This document shows, piece by piece, positions 47,772 through 57,599 of a stretch of DNA of 64,000 nt. Origin of the DNA: an uncultured Eubacteriales bacterium. Its GTDB lineage: Bacteria; Bacillota; Clostridia; Christensenellales; UBA1242. A program made the position numbers and the translations under genes. The stretch spans positions 323,231 through 387,230 of the forward strand of contig CARJLX010000001.1 of the NCBI GenBank assembly GCA_949001935.1, in the 5' to 3' direction. Below the pieces are notes generated by a model. The model saw only the letters and a program-made list of their open reading frames with translations, ran no database searches and was not told the DNA's origin. Numbering within the stretch: the stretch's first letter is position 1; the number at the start of each line of letters is the position of its first letter.

Positions 47772-47810
47772 TCAATATATAGTATTATGCAATGCATAAT
47801 AGCTACAAAA
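47772..47810 (+). repeat. intergenic motif family 2, long form (19-nt perfect palindrome)
   Basis: TCAATATATAGTATTATGCAATGCATAATAGCTACAAAA. The palindrome TATTATGCA-A-TGCATAATA is at 47783-47801. It lies between the pheT stop and the desulfurase start. Confidence 0.7.
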
Positions 47811-47816
47811 GATAGC

Positions 47817-50183
47817 CTAACCTCTTAATTTTGCACCAAGCTTACTTTCAACATCCGTAATAATAGAATTAAATACTCGCATAACCTCTTCTTCAAGCAA
47901 AGTTTTCGTTGAATCTTTGAATGTCAAAGAATATGCTATTGATTTTTTACCTGGCTCAACATCTTTATAAACATCAAATTCACGAATTGAGTCAAGTAGT
48001 TTTCCACCAGAACGTTTTATTTGTGTTTTTATCGTTTCACTTTGAGTATCATTGCCTACTACAAAAGCAACATCCTTAATCATTTCTGGATATTTGTTCG
48101 CTTCTTTGAATTTCAATGGTTTAATTTGCTTATTATAAAGTTTTGTCATAGAAAACTCTGCCACATAGATTTCATCCTTTTTTAAACTTGGATGAACCCT
48201 ACCAATAACACCAACCTCTTCTCTATCAAGCAAAATTTTAGCACAAATTCCAGGATGTAAATCTGCTATTTCAGCTTTAACAAAAGAGTATCGATTTTTA
48301 AAGCCAAGATAATCAAATAAATTTTCTATTATTCCCTTCAAACAATAAAAATCAGCTTTTACATTCACGCCCTGCCATTCATTCATAAGATAACTACCCT
48401 TCATAAGAATTGCAACTTTACTATCTTCTACATAATTAACATCATAAGTTTTTGCAATTTCATAGAGCATTATATCTTTTATATTTCTTGCTTTATTATA
48501 TTCATAAACATTAATAAGCGAAGGTAATAAGCTTGTTCTAACCACAGACTTATCTATAGTCATAGGATTTGGCAAGTTAATTTGAGTTTTATCTTCATAC
48601 CTAAAAGTTTTTGCCATTTCAGGACTTGTTAACGTATAATTTTTTGTTTCATTCAAGCCTAAGCTACGTAGACGTTTAGAGATTTCTTTTCTTATCTTAA
48701 CATCACCAATATATTGTCCTCTTCTAACAGGAACACGAGGAAGTGTTGACTTCAAATTATGATACCCATACAATCTACCAATTTCTTCAGCTATATCATT
48801 AACATTTTCATCGATATCAAGACGACGATTTGGAATAGTCACATTAAACACACTATTTTCTACCTCATAAGCAAATCCTAATCTATCTAGTTCAGTTTCA
48901 ACATCACTATCAGTTAAAACCAAACCTAAAAGAGTATTAACTTCTTGAGTTTTGAAAGAAACTTTCTTTTCCTTTTTATCTAGTTTGTCAATTGCGATAG
49001 TACCTTTAAGCACTTTTGCATCAGCATATTTTTCAAGCAAATAACAAGCTCTTTCAATCGCTTCAAGGGTATACTCATAATTCAAACCCTTTCCATATCG
49101 AATAGATGCTTCACTTCTAAGGTCAAGATTAGAGGCAGTATAACGAATACTAACGGCGTCAAAAATTGCACTTTCAATCAAGATATTTTTAGTATTTGCG
49201 TCAACTTCAGTGTTCTCACCTCCCATTACACCAGCTATGCAAATAGGTTTAACTCCGTCAGTTATCACTATATCACTTGATTTTAAAACTCTCTTATTAC
49301 TATCTAAGGTGATAATCTCTTCACCTTCTTTAGCATCACGAACTAAGATACGCCCGCCAACCTTATCTTTATCAAAGAAATGAAGTGGTTGTCCATACTC
49401 AAGCATAACATAATTTGATATATCAACTACATTATTGATTGGACGCATCCCAGCGGAAATAAGACGCTTTTTGATAAACTCTGGGCTTTCCTTTATAACA
49501 ACATCCTTAACCATTTTCGCTGTATAAAAAGGACATTTTTTTGTTTCCACTTTGATGGACATATTATCTTTTACATCCTCATTAATTTCACCATGTTTAG
49601 ACTGTGGCAAAACAACCTTTCTATTTAAAATTGAAGCAATCTCATAGGCAAAGCCAATATGATAATAACAATCATTATTACGGTGTTTATGAATATCAAC
49701 TTCATATAATGTATCATCTGTCCCAAGATAAATATTTGCGTCCGTACCTGCTGGCAAATCTGTATCTATTTCAGCAATACCTTTAGCATAAGTTTCCTCA
49801 GTTTTCTTTTCAAGACCAAGCTCATACAATGCACAAATCATACCATTTGACTCTTGTCCACGAATTCGACCTGCCTTAATCTCAAAATCTCCTGGCAACA
49901 CACACCCTGGCAGAGCCACCAAAACTTTAAGCCCCTTTCTTACATTAGGCGCACCACAAACAATTTGTGTTGTTTTTTCACCAACATCCACCTGACAAAC
50001 ATGCAAATGGTCGCTATCTGGGTGATCAACACATTCTTTAACATAACCAATCACAAGATGATCAATGCGGTTTGGAATAACTTTTTCAATTTTTACGCCT
50101 GCTTTAGTTATTTTGACAGCAAGTTCTTGAAGATCTTGATCTTCAATATCTATATAATCTTTAACCCAATTTAAACTTATCAT
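47817..50183 (-). CDS. pheT: phenylalanine--tRNA ligase beta subunit
   Basis: 788 aa. MISLNWVKDYIDI, a tRNA-binding OB domain, and B3/4, B5 and FDX-ACB regions. Confidence 0.95.
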   Translation of the reverse strand: MISLNWVKDYIDIEDQDLQELAVKITKAGVKIEKVIPNRIDHLVIGYVKECVDHPDSDHLHVCQVDVGEKTTQIVCGAPNVRKGLKVLVALPGCVLPGDFEIKAGRIRGQESNGMICALYELGLEKKTEETYAKGIAEIDTDLPAGTDANIYLGTDDTLYEVDIHKHRNNDCYYHIGFAYEIASILNRKVVLPQSKHGEINEDVKDNMSIKVETKKCPFYTAKMVKDVVIKESPEFIKKRLISAGMRPINNVVDISNYVMLEYGQPLHFFDKDKVGGRILVRDAKEGEEIITLDSNKRVLKSSDIVITDGVKPICIAGVMGGENTEVDANTKNILIESAIFDAVSIRYTASNLDLRSEASIRYGKGLNYEYTLEAIERACYLLEKYADAKVLKGTIAIDKLDKKEKKVSFKTQEVNTLLGLVLTDSDVETELDRLGFAYEVENSVFNVTIPNRRLDIDENVNDIAEEIGRLYGYHNLKSTLPRVPVRRGQYIGDVKIRKEISKRLRSLGLNETKNYTLTSPEMAKTFRYEDKTQINLPNPMTIDKSVVRTSLLPSLINVYEYNKARNIKDIMLYEIAKTYDVNYVEDSKVAILMKGSYLMNEWQGVNVKADFYCLKGIIENLFDYLGFKNRYSFVKAEIADLHPGICAKILLDREEVGVIGRVHPSLKKDEIYVAEFSMTKLYNKQIKPLKFKEANKYPEMIKDVAFVVGNDTQSETIKTQIKRSGGKLLDSIREFDVYKDVEPGKKSIAYSLTFKDSTKTLLEEEVMRVFNSIITDVESKLGAKLRG

Positions 50184-50185
50184 GA

Positions 50186-51229
50186 TTAACCCTCCTTTCT
50201 ATCAAATACAACACTTTCACGAAGGTCTGTTTGATAGAATTTTCGTATATCACTTATTCCGTATTTTAGCATAGCAAGCCTTTCTGCACCAAAGCCAAAG
50301 GCAAAGCCGTTCCAAACTTTAGGATCGTAGCCACAATTTCTCAAAACATTTGGATGAACCATGCCTGCACCACTAACAGTTATCCAACCGCTGTTTTTGC
50401 AAAGAGAGCAACCCTTTCCTTTACAAACAAAACATGAGATATCTGTTTCAACAGAAGGCTCTGTGAATTGATAATAACTTGGCCTAAACCTTGTTTGAAC
50501 ATCCTCGCCAAAAAGTTTTTTAGCAATCTCATCAAAAGTTCCCTTTAGGTCTGCAAGAGAAATATTTTTATCTATTAGCAAACCTTCAATTTGCATAAAT
50601 TGATGACTATGAGTTGCATCGTCAGCATCACGGCGGTAAGTTTTTCCAGGACAAATCATACGAATAGGCTTATCTCCGCCTGCAGCAAGCATTGTTCTTG
50701 CTTGAACTGGAGATGTTTGACTGCGAAGTAAAATTCTTTCGTCTTCAATATAAAAAGTATCTTGTGCATCTCGTGCAGGATGTCCCTTAGGAATATTTAA
50801 AAGTTCAAAGTTAAATCTATCCTCTTCAATCTCTGGTCCATCAACAACATCATAGCCCATAGACATAAACACCTCTTCAACTTCTTCAATAATATGTTCC
50901 AAAATGTTAGGTGCTCCATGCGGAATTTTAAGGGCTGGAAGTGAAATATCAATTTGTTCGCTCTTCAATTTTTCTTGTAATTTTGCATTAATAAACCCTT
51001 CTTCCTTTACCTTTAATGCACCTTCAATAGCATCGCGAACTTCATTTACTAAAGCACCAACCACAGGTCTTTCCTCAGCAGGAACATCTCTCATACCACG
51101 TAAAATAGCAGTAAGTTTTCCATTCTTACTTAAAAGTTCAACACGAAGTTCGTTCAAAGTTTTTTCATCAACCGCCTTTTCAATTGCTGACAACCCATAA
51201 ATTTTAATTTGCTCTAATTCTTGTTTCAT
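50186..51229 (-). CDS. pheS: phenylalanine--tRNA ligase alpha subunit
   Basis: 347 aa. GHPARDAQDTFY, FRPSYYQFTEPS and GFAFGFGAERLAML are canonical PheS. Confidence 0.95.
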   Translation of the reverse strand: MKQELEQIKIYGLSAIEKAVDEKTLNELRVELLSKNGKLTAILRGMRDVPAEERPVVGALVNEVRDAIEGALKVKEEGFINAKLQEKLKSEQIDISLPALKIPHGAPNILEHIIEEVEEVFMSMGYDVVDGPEIEEDRFNFELLNIPKGHPARDAQDTFYIEDERILLRSQTSPVQARTMLAAGGDKPIRMICPGKTYRRDADDATHSHQFMQIEGLLIDKNISLADLKGTFDEIAKKLFGEDVQTRFRPSYYQFTEPSVETDISCFVCKGKGCSLCKNSGWITVSGAGMVHPNVLRNCGYDPKVWNGFAFGFGAERLAMLKYGISDIRKFYQTDLRESVVFDRKEG

Positions 51230-51242
51230 TTCTCCTCCAAAC

Positions 51243-51518
51243 TAAAAAAGCCCTTTCTCCTTATTGTTAGGACGAAAGGACAATTCGTGGTACCACCTAA
51301 ATTCAGTTGATTTTATCAACCCTCATTACTTCATTAACGCAGAGTCACGGTGAAAACTATTTAACCAAAGTTTTTAATATAAAAATCCAACCTTCAGTTG
51401 TTCATAATCACGGCTAAAAAGTGAATTCACATTTTTTATTGTTATTCCCTTTCAGCCATGGGGAACTCTCTGCAAACACCTCAAAAATGCTACTAGTCTT
51501 TTATCTTCGCCTTTATAT
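51243..51518 (-). promoter_or_regulatory. T-box riboswitch leader (Phe specifier) for pheST
   Basis: The minus strand carries AGAGAG and GGCTGAAAGG stem-I elements and a GAA-TTC specifier context (plus-strand GTGAATTCAC at 51421-51430). It also has the T-box sequence AGGTGGTACCACG (about 51285-51297) and terminator CCTTTC...GAAAGG plus T6. Confidence 0.85.
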
Positions 51519-51524
51519 GAATTA

Positions 51525-51554
51525 ATATTAACAAAATAACCAACTTCAAGTCAA
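51525..51554 (-). promoter_or_regulatory. sigmaA-type promoter for the pheST leader
   Basis: On the minus strand: TTGACT (51554-51549), an 18-nt spacer, then TAATAT (51530-51525). Confidence 0.55.
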
Positions 51555-51638
51555 GTAATTTGCCGAATTTTAAAATATTTTTCATATCTTTTTTAATAAA
51601 CACTTGCCTATATTTTTATTTTATTTTACAATAAAACC

Positions 51639-52541
51639 ATGAAAATGCAGAAATTTATCATTGACAGAGATTGTAAAAGCATTTATATCTTTCTAAAACA
51701 ACATGGTTTTTCAGAAAATTATATCAAAAACCTTCGCAAAGTCGAAGGCTTTTTGCGTGTAAATAATGAAACAGTTTTTATTAATCATGCCTTAAAAACT
51801 GGTGACAAATTAGAAATTAACGCAAACCCAAACACTAAATCTAGTATTATGCGTTGCATAATACCTTTAGATATTGTATTTGAAGATGAATTTTACTTAA
51901 TCGTCAACAAACCTTCTGGTCTTGCAACAATGCCAACACGGTCACACTACACCAAAAATCTTGCAGGTGCGATTTGCAACTATATGGACAAAAAAGACCC
52001 TAATTTTGTACTTCGTATTATCAATCGTCTTGATAAAGACACCGCTGGACTTATTATTGTCGCAAAAGACAGTGTTGCACAAAAAGAGCTTAAAACTATT
52101 GAAAAATTTTACCACGCTTTATGTGTAGGCAAAATTGAAAGGGCAATTACAATCGACAAACCAATTGCTACACTTATAAATCAATATGGATACAATGAAA
52201 ACAAACGAGTTATTTCAAATGATGGACAAGAAGCTACAACTTTTGTGAATCCTATTAAATATTATAAAGAAAAAAATATGACCTTAATCTCATGCAACCT
52301 TATACATGGCAGAACACATCAAATACGAGTTCATCTTTCAAGCATAAACCACCCACTAATTGGCGATAAACTTTATGGCAATGAAACTTATTTTATTTCA
52401 GGCCTACAAAAACAATATTCAACATTCCTTAACCACACAGCCCTTGTATGCAAGTCTATTTCATTTACCCACCCTTTTACTAATAATTTGATTAAGTTAG
52501 AGATTGATTATCCCGAAGATATCAAAAATTTAATAAATTAA
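51639..52541 (+). CDS. RluA family pseudouridine synthase
   Basis: 300 aa with an S4-like N-terminus. Catalytic motif INRLDKDTAGLII and HGRTHQIRVHL. The start could be 51645. Confidence 0.85.
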   Translation: MKMQKFIIDRDCKSIYIFLKQHGFSENYIKNLRKVEGFLRVNNETVFINHALKTGDKLEINANPNTKSSIMRCIIPLDIVFEDEFYLIVNKPSGLATMPTRSHYTKNLAGAICNYMDKKDPNFVLRIINRLDKDTAGLIIVAKDSVAQKELKTIEKFYHALCVGKIERAITIDKPIATLINQYGYNENKRVISNDGQEATTFVNPIKYYKEKNMTLISCNLIHGRTHQIRVHLSSINHPLIGDKLYGNETYFISGLQKQYSTFLNHTALVCKSISFTHPFTNNLIKLEIDYPEDIKNLIN

Positions 52542-52564
52542 AAAACTCACTAGTTTAGTGAGTT

Positions 52565-52801
52565 TTATTCTTTATCTTTTTCTTCTTTCTTGATTTGCTT
52601 TAAATCAGCAATAGTGTTTGTAACAATGCCAACAATGCCACATGTCAAACCACCTGCAAAAACAATAAGCCAACCTGGATGCCAAAAATTCAGCGTAATG
52701 CCTAATATCACATAAACCAAAGAGCATAAAATCATAATTGTTCCACATATTGCACCTGAAATGACTTGTACAAAAGTTTTCTTTTCATTTTCTTTAGTCA
52801 T
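52565..52801 (-). CDS. hypothetical small membrane protein
   Basis: 78 aa with two TM helices, a Lys/Glu tail and an SD-like AGAGGA upstream. Confidence 0.45.
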   Translation of the reverse strand: MTKENEKKTFVQVISGAICGTIMILCSLVYVILGITLNFWHPGWLIVFAGGLTCGIVGIVTNTIADLKQIKKEEKDKE

Positions 52802-52903
52802 AATATCCTCTGATTAATAATATTATCTCATATTCAATAGTTTTTGTCAAATAATATATCTATAAAAAATTTTATATTTAGTAGAAAATATTACGAAATT
52901 TAC

Positions 52904-52932
52904 TTGACATCAAACAAATTCTTATATATAAT
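52904..52932 (+). promoter_or_regulatory. consensus sigmaA promoter for the tRNA gene
   Basis: TTGACA (52904-52909), a 17-nt spacer, then TATAAT (52927-52932). Confidence 0.7.
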
Positions 52933-52971
52933 ATCAAAGTACGCTTTAAAAAGCGTGCTCATATTTCCTAT

Positions 52972-53056
52972 GCGGGCGTGGCGGAATGGCAGACGCGCAC
53001 GTTTAAGGGGCGTGTTCCTAATCAGAGTGTGGGTTCAACCCCCACCGCCCGCACCA
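52972..53056 (+). tRNA. tRNA-Leu (type II, long variable arm); hand-folded anticodon AAG
   Basis: Acceptor GCGGGCG/CGCCCGC, 3-bp D stem GCG/CGC, anticodon stem CACGT/GCGTG with loop TTAAGGG. It has a 14-nt variable arm, T arm GTGGG-TTCAACC-CCCAC, discriminator A and an encoded CCA. The layout parallels E. coli tRNA-Leu. Confidence 0.85.
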
Positions 53057-53342
53057 TTATCGAAAAACTAGGCTTTATCGCCTTGTTTTTTTATTTAAAA
53101 AACTACGGCCTGACGCCAGTTTTTCTCATCTTGCGACCAAAGCACATTCGTTAGCAATTTGTTGCAACTCAACAAAGAGATATTAATAAGATTGTATTTT
53201 ATACAATCTCTTCTTTTTAATTTTAATCTTACTTTTTAGGTGGGCACAGCCCACCACGAAATTAAATTATGATTCCAACTTGGTTTTGGCTAAAAACTTG
53301 TCCCTGGCATTTTTTTACGCATCATCACGCCCGTACCAAATT

Positions 53343-53366
53343 AAAAAGTGGCATTTTGCCACTTTT
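53343..53366 (-). terminator. terminator of the EncFtn-like gene (bidirectional shape)
   Basis: GTGGCA (53348-53353) pairs with TGCCAC (53357-53362). A5 and T6 runs flank it, directly after the stop codon. Confidence 0.75.
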
Positions 53367-53648
53367 TTAGTCTTGTTGCATAAATTCAGTATATCCTTTC
53401 TCAAATTGAGTTTTAGAATCAGGATCAAGTTTAAACAAAAGCCCAAAAAGTTGACCAACATGCAACTTTTCTTCTTCCATGATGTCTTGAATGGTTCGTT
53501 TAGCATCGGGATCATCTGTTGCATCTAAATGATTTTGATACATTACTATTGCTTCAAGTTCACCTATAATATCAAGCCTTGTATTTTGAGCTGTTAATGT
53601 GGTGTTTGTTTTATTTGAAACATTCAAAGATGAAAAAACACTTTTCAT
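53367..53648 (-). CDS. encapsulated-ferritin-like (EncFtn family) di-iron protein, no shell gene nearby
   Basis: 93 aa. GELEAIVMYQNHLDATDDPDAKRTIQDIMEEEKLHVGQL follows the EncFtn pattern ELEAVxWYxxRxDAxxDP...EEKxH, recalled from Rhodospirillum and Haliangium proteins. Confidence 0.65.
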   Translation of the reverse strand: MKSVFSSLNVSNKTNTTLTAQNTRLDIIGELEAIVMYQNHLDATDDPDAKRTIQDIMEEEKLHVGQLFGLLFKLDPDSKTQFEKGYTEFMQQD

Positions 53649-53745
53649 AAATACCTCCTTGTTTTATATATGCTAAAATCAAAAACAAGTGTTCTTTAAA
53701 CAAAAATCTAGATATTAAGGATTTATAAAAAGCATATTCTACTAG

Positions 53746-53809
53746 TCTATTTTTGTTATATAAAAATAACATACTAGCCAATATTTTAGACTAGTATGCA
53801 TACTTATTT
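53746..53809. repeat. intergenic motif family 2, cluster of three ACTAG-type copies
   Basis: CTACTAGTCT (53750), CATACTAGCC (53770) and TAGACTAGTATGCATACTT (53787), with the 12-nt palindrome AGTATGCATACT. It lies directly downstream of the clpX stop. Confidence 0.55.
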
Positions 53810-53820
53810 ATAAAATTTAA

Positions 53821-55089
53821 TTAAATAACCTCTTTTTTCTTTTCTGGAAGCTCAAGTTTAATTATGTCAGGTTCAGCATCTTCTGTTTCTATAAATTTAT
53901 CAGTGACAACAATCTTAGAAATATCTTTATGGCTTGGGGCTTCGTACATAAGTTTATTCATTTTCTTTTCAAGAATTGTTCTAAGCCCTCTAGCACCAGT
54001 TTTCAAATCCATTGCTTTTTTAGCAACCGCCTCAATAGCATCATTTGAAAATTCTAAGTTAATTCCATCAATTTCAAACATAAGTTTATATTGTTTTACT
54101 ATTGAGTTTTTAGGCTCTGTTAAAATTCGAGTTAACGCCTTTCTATCTAAATCATCAAGACCAACTTGCACTGGTAAACGGCCTACAAATTCAGGAATAA
54201 GACCAAATTTTATCATATCATTTGGTTGAAGATCTTTCACAAAATTTACTTCACTCTTTTCTTGTTCTGTTTTTATTGGAGCATTAAAGCCAAGAGTCGT
54301 ATCATTCTTTCTAGATTCAATAATCTTATCTAAACCTACAAAGGCACCACCGCAAATAAACAAAATGTTTGTAGTATCAATTTGCAACATTTCTTGATGA
54401 GGATGTTTTCTTCCACCTTGAGGTGGAACACTTGCAATTGTACTTTCCATAATTTTTAAAAGAGCTTGTTGGACGCCCTCTCCAGCAACATCACGAGTTA
54501 TTGAAACATTTTGTGTTTTCTTAGCAATTTTATCTATTTCATCTATATAAATAATTCCGCGTTGAGCCTTTGCAATATCGTAATCAGCATTTTGTATAAG
54601 CTTTAATAAAATGTTTTCAACATCATCACCTACATAACCAGCTTCGGTTAACGTTGTCGCATCAGCAGAGGCAAAAGGAACTTTCAATATCTTTGCGAGT
54701 GTTTTAGCAAGCAAAGTTTTTCCTGATCCCGTTGGTCCAACCATTAAAATATTACTTTTTTCTAACTCAACTTCATCTTTTTTATTTTTAACTGTATAAT
54801 TATAATTTATGCGTTTATAGTGATTATAAACTGCAACTGCTAAAACGCGTTTTGCCTCATCTTGACCAATGATATATTCATCAAGTTTGCCTTTTATAGT
54901 TTCTGGTGTTGGTAATTCGATAGCCTCAAACTCACTTGATTGTTTATTCTCCTCATGCATAATATCTCTACATATAGCAACACACTCATCACAAATAAAA
55001 GCTTCTCCACCAGGACTTGCAATCAATTTTTTTGCATCTTTTTGTTTTTTTCCACAAAACGAACAGCTATAACTTTCTTCATCTTTCAT
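53821..55089 (-). CDS. clpX: ATP-dependent Clp protease ATP-binding subunit ClpX
   Basis: Zinc finger CSFCGK...CDEC, Walker A GPTGSGKT and IYIDEIDK. The start is moved to ATG 55089 (MKDEESYS), behind GGAGG. Confidence 0.95.
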   Translation of the reverse strand: MKDEESYSCSFCGKKQKDAKKLIASPGGEAFICDECVAICRDIMHEENKQSSEFEAIELPTPETIKGKLDEYIIGQDEAKRVLAVAVYNHYKRINYNYTVKNKKDEVELEKSNILMVGPTGSGKTLLAKTLAKILKVPFASADATTLTEAGYVGDDVENILLKLIQNADYDIAKAQRGIIYIDEIDKIAKKTQNVSITRDVAGEGVQQALLKIMESTIASVPPQGGRKHPHQEMLQIDTTNILFICGGAFVGLDKIIESRKNDTTLGFNAPIKTEQEKSEVNFVKDLQPNDMIKFGLIPEFVGRLPVQVGLDDLDRKALTRILTEPKNSIVKQYKLMFEIDGINLEFSNDAIEAVAKKAMDLKTGARGLRTILEKKMNKLMYEAPSHKDISKIVVTDKFIETEDAEPDIIKLELPEKKKEVI

Positions 55090-55148
55090 TATTAAACCTC
55101 CAGCCTTATATAAAGATAGGGAGAAAAACCTCCCTTTATAATATATCA

Positions 55149-55751
55149 CTATTTACTATTTTTATCAGTCATTTTTCTTGTCACAAAAATATCGTCAATA
55201 ATTCCGTATTCTTTTGCTTCCTCTGCAGACATAAAATTATCTCTATCAGTATCTTTTTCAATAATTTCAAGTGGCTTGCCTGTATTTTCACTAAGAATTT
55301 TATTTAATCTTTCCTTAGTTTTCAAAAGGTGCATAGTCCTAATTTGAACATCAGTTGCCTGCCCTTGAGCTCCACCAAGAGGTTGATGAATCATAATTTC
55401 ACTATTAGGAAGAGCAAAGCGTTTGCCTTTAGTTCCGCCAGCAAGTAGAAAAGCCCCCATTGAAGCCGCCATACCTACACAGATTGTTGAAACATCACAT
55501 TTGATATATTTCATTGTGTCGTATATAGCAAACCCAGCGGTCACACTTCCACCAGGACTATTAATATAAAGGAAAATATCTTTATCAGGATTTTTACCTT
55601 CAAGATACAATAGTTGCGCAACAATCAAATTGGCAGAATTATCATCAACTTCTCCATTTAAAAATATAATTCTATCTTCAAGAAGTCTTGAATAAATATC
55701 ATATGACCTTTCACTATTGCCAGTTTGGTCAACAACCATAGGAATTAACAT
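55149..55751 (-). CDS. clpP: ATP-dependent Clp protease proteolytic subunit
   Basis: 200 aa. [18 protein letters not shown], active-site GMAASMGAF and MIHQP. Confidence 0.95.
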   Translation of the reverse strand: MLIPMVVDQTGNSERSYDIYSRLLEDRIIFLNGEVDDNSANLIVAQLLYLEGKNPDKDIFLYINSPGGSVTAGFAIYDTMKYIKCDVSTICVGMAASMGAFLLAGGTKGKRFALPNSEIMIHQPLGGAQGQATDVQIRTMHLLKTKERLNKILSENTGKPLEIIEKDTDRDNFMSAEEAKEYGIIDDIFVTRKMTDKNSK

Positions 55752-55823
55752 AGATTTCTCCTTTTTGCCTTTTATATTATAAACTAAATTAAAATAAGAA
55801 AATTGTCTAATCTTAAAATAAGA

Positions 55824-57098
55824 TTATTTATTTTGGTCTTTTATGAAAGAAATAATTTTTTCCATCATTGCTTGATTTTGGAAATATAAATAATCTTGTT
55901 GAGAAAGGCTCTTTTTCATGTCCTCAACTTTCATACCATATTGCTCTGCATAAGCTTTGATTTTATCTTCCATATCTGCATTTGAAACAGATATTTTATG
56001 TGCAGAAATAATCTTTTGAAGAACAAGACGAGTTCTAATATTTTTCTTAGCATCATCTTCTCTTTCCTTTTTAAATTCATCTAAAGTTGTGCCAAGATAG
56101 TCAAGATAATCATCAAGCTTCATGCCTTGATGAGCTAAACGATGTTCAAATTCATGAATCATTTCATGAACTTCTTTTTCAACCATAGACTCAGGAATTT
56201 CCACCTTGCTTCTCTCTGAAACTTCTTCTAAAAGAGCAGCCTCATAATCAAGTTGAGCCTTCTTTTTACCCTCTTCCTTTAACTTCTCTGTCAAATCTTT
56301 TTTATATTCTTCAAGAGTTTCAAATTCTGTTACATCAGAAATAAACTTATCATTAACTTCTGGAAGTTCCTTCTTCTCAACTTTTTTAAGAACAACTTCA
56401 AATACAGCAGGTTTACCCTTCAAATTTTCTGCATGGTAGTTTTGTGGGAATGTAACATTTACATCTTTCTTCTCGCCAACTTTCATGCCAATAACTTGCT
56501 CTTCAAAACCATCAATAAATGTGTGAGAGCCAAGTTCCAGCTTATAATCACTTGCAGTTCCGCCATCAAACTTAACCCCATCAACAGAACCTGAAAAATC
56601 AATAGTTGCAAAATCACCATTTTCAGCAACTTTATCAGTTTCTACAAAACGAGCATGAGAATTTTTTAAACCTTCAATCGCGTCATTAATTTGCTTATCT
56701 TCAACTTTTGGCTCAACAAATTTAGCCTTCAAGCCAGAAAGAGATCCAAGTTCAACCTCTGGAATAAGATCAAAAGTGAGAGTTGCCTCGATTCCTTTAT
56801 CTAATGTGAAAGAGTTTGTTTCTACATTTGGATAACCAGCTGGTCTAACCTCTAAATTTTTCTCTAAGAAAGTTGAATATTCTTTAGAAATCACCTCTTC
56901 AAAAGCGTCATCAAAGAAAACAGTGTCGCCATAAGTTTGTTCAATAACTCTTCTTGGAGCTTTACCAGGTCTGAAACCTTGAACCTTAAATTTCCCTTTG
57001 TTTTTCTCGTAAGCATTTTGAATAGCTTTTTCAAATTCCTCGGCAGAGACTTTAACTTTCAAAACACCTTGTTTGTTTTTAACTTCGTAAGTATACAT
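55824..57098 (-). CDS. tig: trigger factor
   Basis: 424 aa with a ribosome-binding N-domain (GFRPGKAPRRVIE) and a central FKBP-like PPIase domain. Confidence 0.93.
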   Translation of the reverse strand: MYTYEVKNKQGVLKVKVSAEEFEKAIQNAYEKNKGKFKVQGFRPGKAPRRVIEQTYGDTVFFDDAFEEVISKEYSTFLEKNLEVRPAGYPNVETNSFTLDKGIEATLTFDLIPEVELGSLSGLKAKFVEPKVEDKQINDAIEGLKNSHARFVETDKVAENGDFATIDFSGSVDGVKFDGGTASDYKLELGSHTFIDGFEEQVIGMKVGEKKDVNVTFPQNYHAENLKGKPAVFEVVLKKVEKKELPEVNDKFISDVTEFETLEEYKKDLTEKLKEEGKKKAQLDYEAALLEEVSERSKVEIPESMVEKEVHEMIHEFEHRLAHQGMKLDDYLDYLGTTLDEFKKEREDDAKKNIRTRLVLQKIISAHKISVSNADMEDKIKAYAEQYGMKVEDMKKSLSQQDYLYFQNQAMMEKIISFIKDQNK

Positions 57099-57216
57099 AA
57101 TTTTCTCCTTTTTCCATGAAATTATAGCACATTTTTATCAATAAAACAACTAAAAATCACGCTTTAAAAACAAAAGCGAGATTTTTCGACAAACTTTTAG
57201 TTATTTAGACATATTT

Positions 57217-57585
57217 TTAAAAGAAAACAAAAAATAATGCGATAAAAAAACCTATTGCAAAGCAGATTTTAATCCAACAAATAAATTTTTCTTTTATTAA
57301 AGTGCGTTTAAATTTCTTATAAAATATTTTATCACTTTTTTGTATTAAATCAAGGGTTAATGCCGAAGAATTAATTAAAACAGCACAATATATTTTATAT
57401 CTCTCATCCAAGTTTTCGCGTTTATATTTATAAAAATAATCTACAATCCAAATTATAGCCCACATCAAGCATAACGCACAACCAAAAGCCAAGGCGAAAT
57501 AAGAAAATCCCGTCCAAACAGAATATAAACAAGCAAACAAAATTGCAAGCCCCAATAAAATTCCACTAGAAATATATTTTATCAT
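57217..57585 (-). CDS. hypothetical membrane protein
   Basis: 122 aa counted from ATG 57585 (MIKYISSG), with three to four TM helices. The longer ORF-track start would overlap the upstream gene by 76 nt. Confidence 0.4.
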   Translation of the reverse strand: MIKYISSGILLGLAILFACLYSVWTGFSYFALAFGCALCLMWAIIWIVDYFYKYKRENLDERYKIYCAVLINSSALTLDLIQKSDKIFYKKFKRTLIKEKFICWIKICFAIGFFIALFFVFF

Positions 57586-57599
57586 ACTTAGCCCCAAAA

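Noticed and set aside
52844-53528. ORF-track entries 52844-53071(+), 53280-53528(+) and 53315-53524(-).
   Set aside because: The first reads through the tRNA-Leu gene. The others overlap, or run antisense to, the EncFtn-like gene and its terminator. They lack an SD and have junk-like composition.
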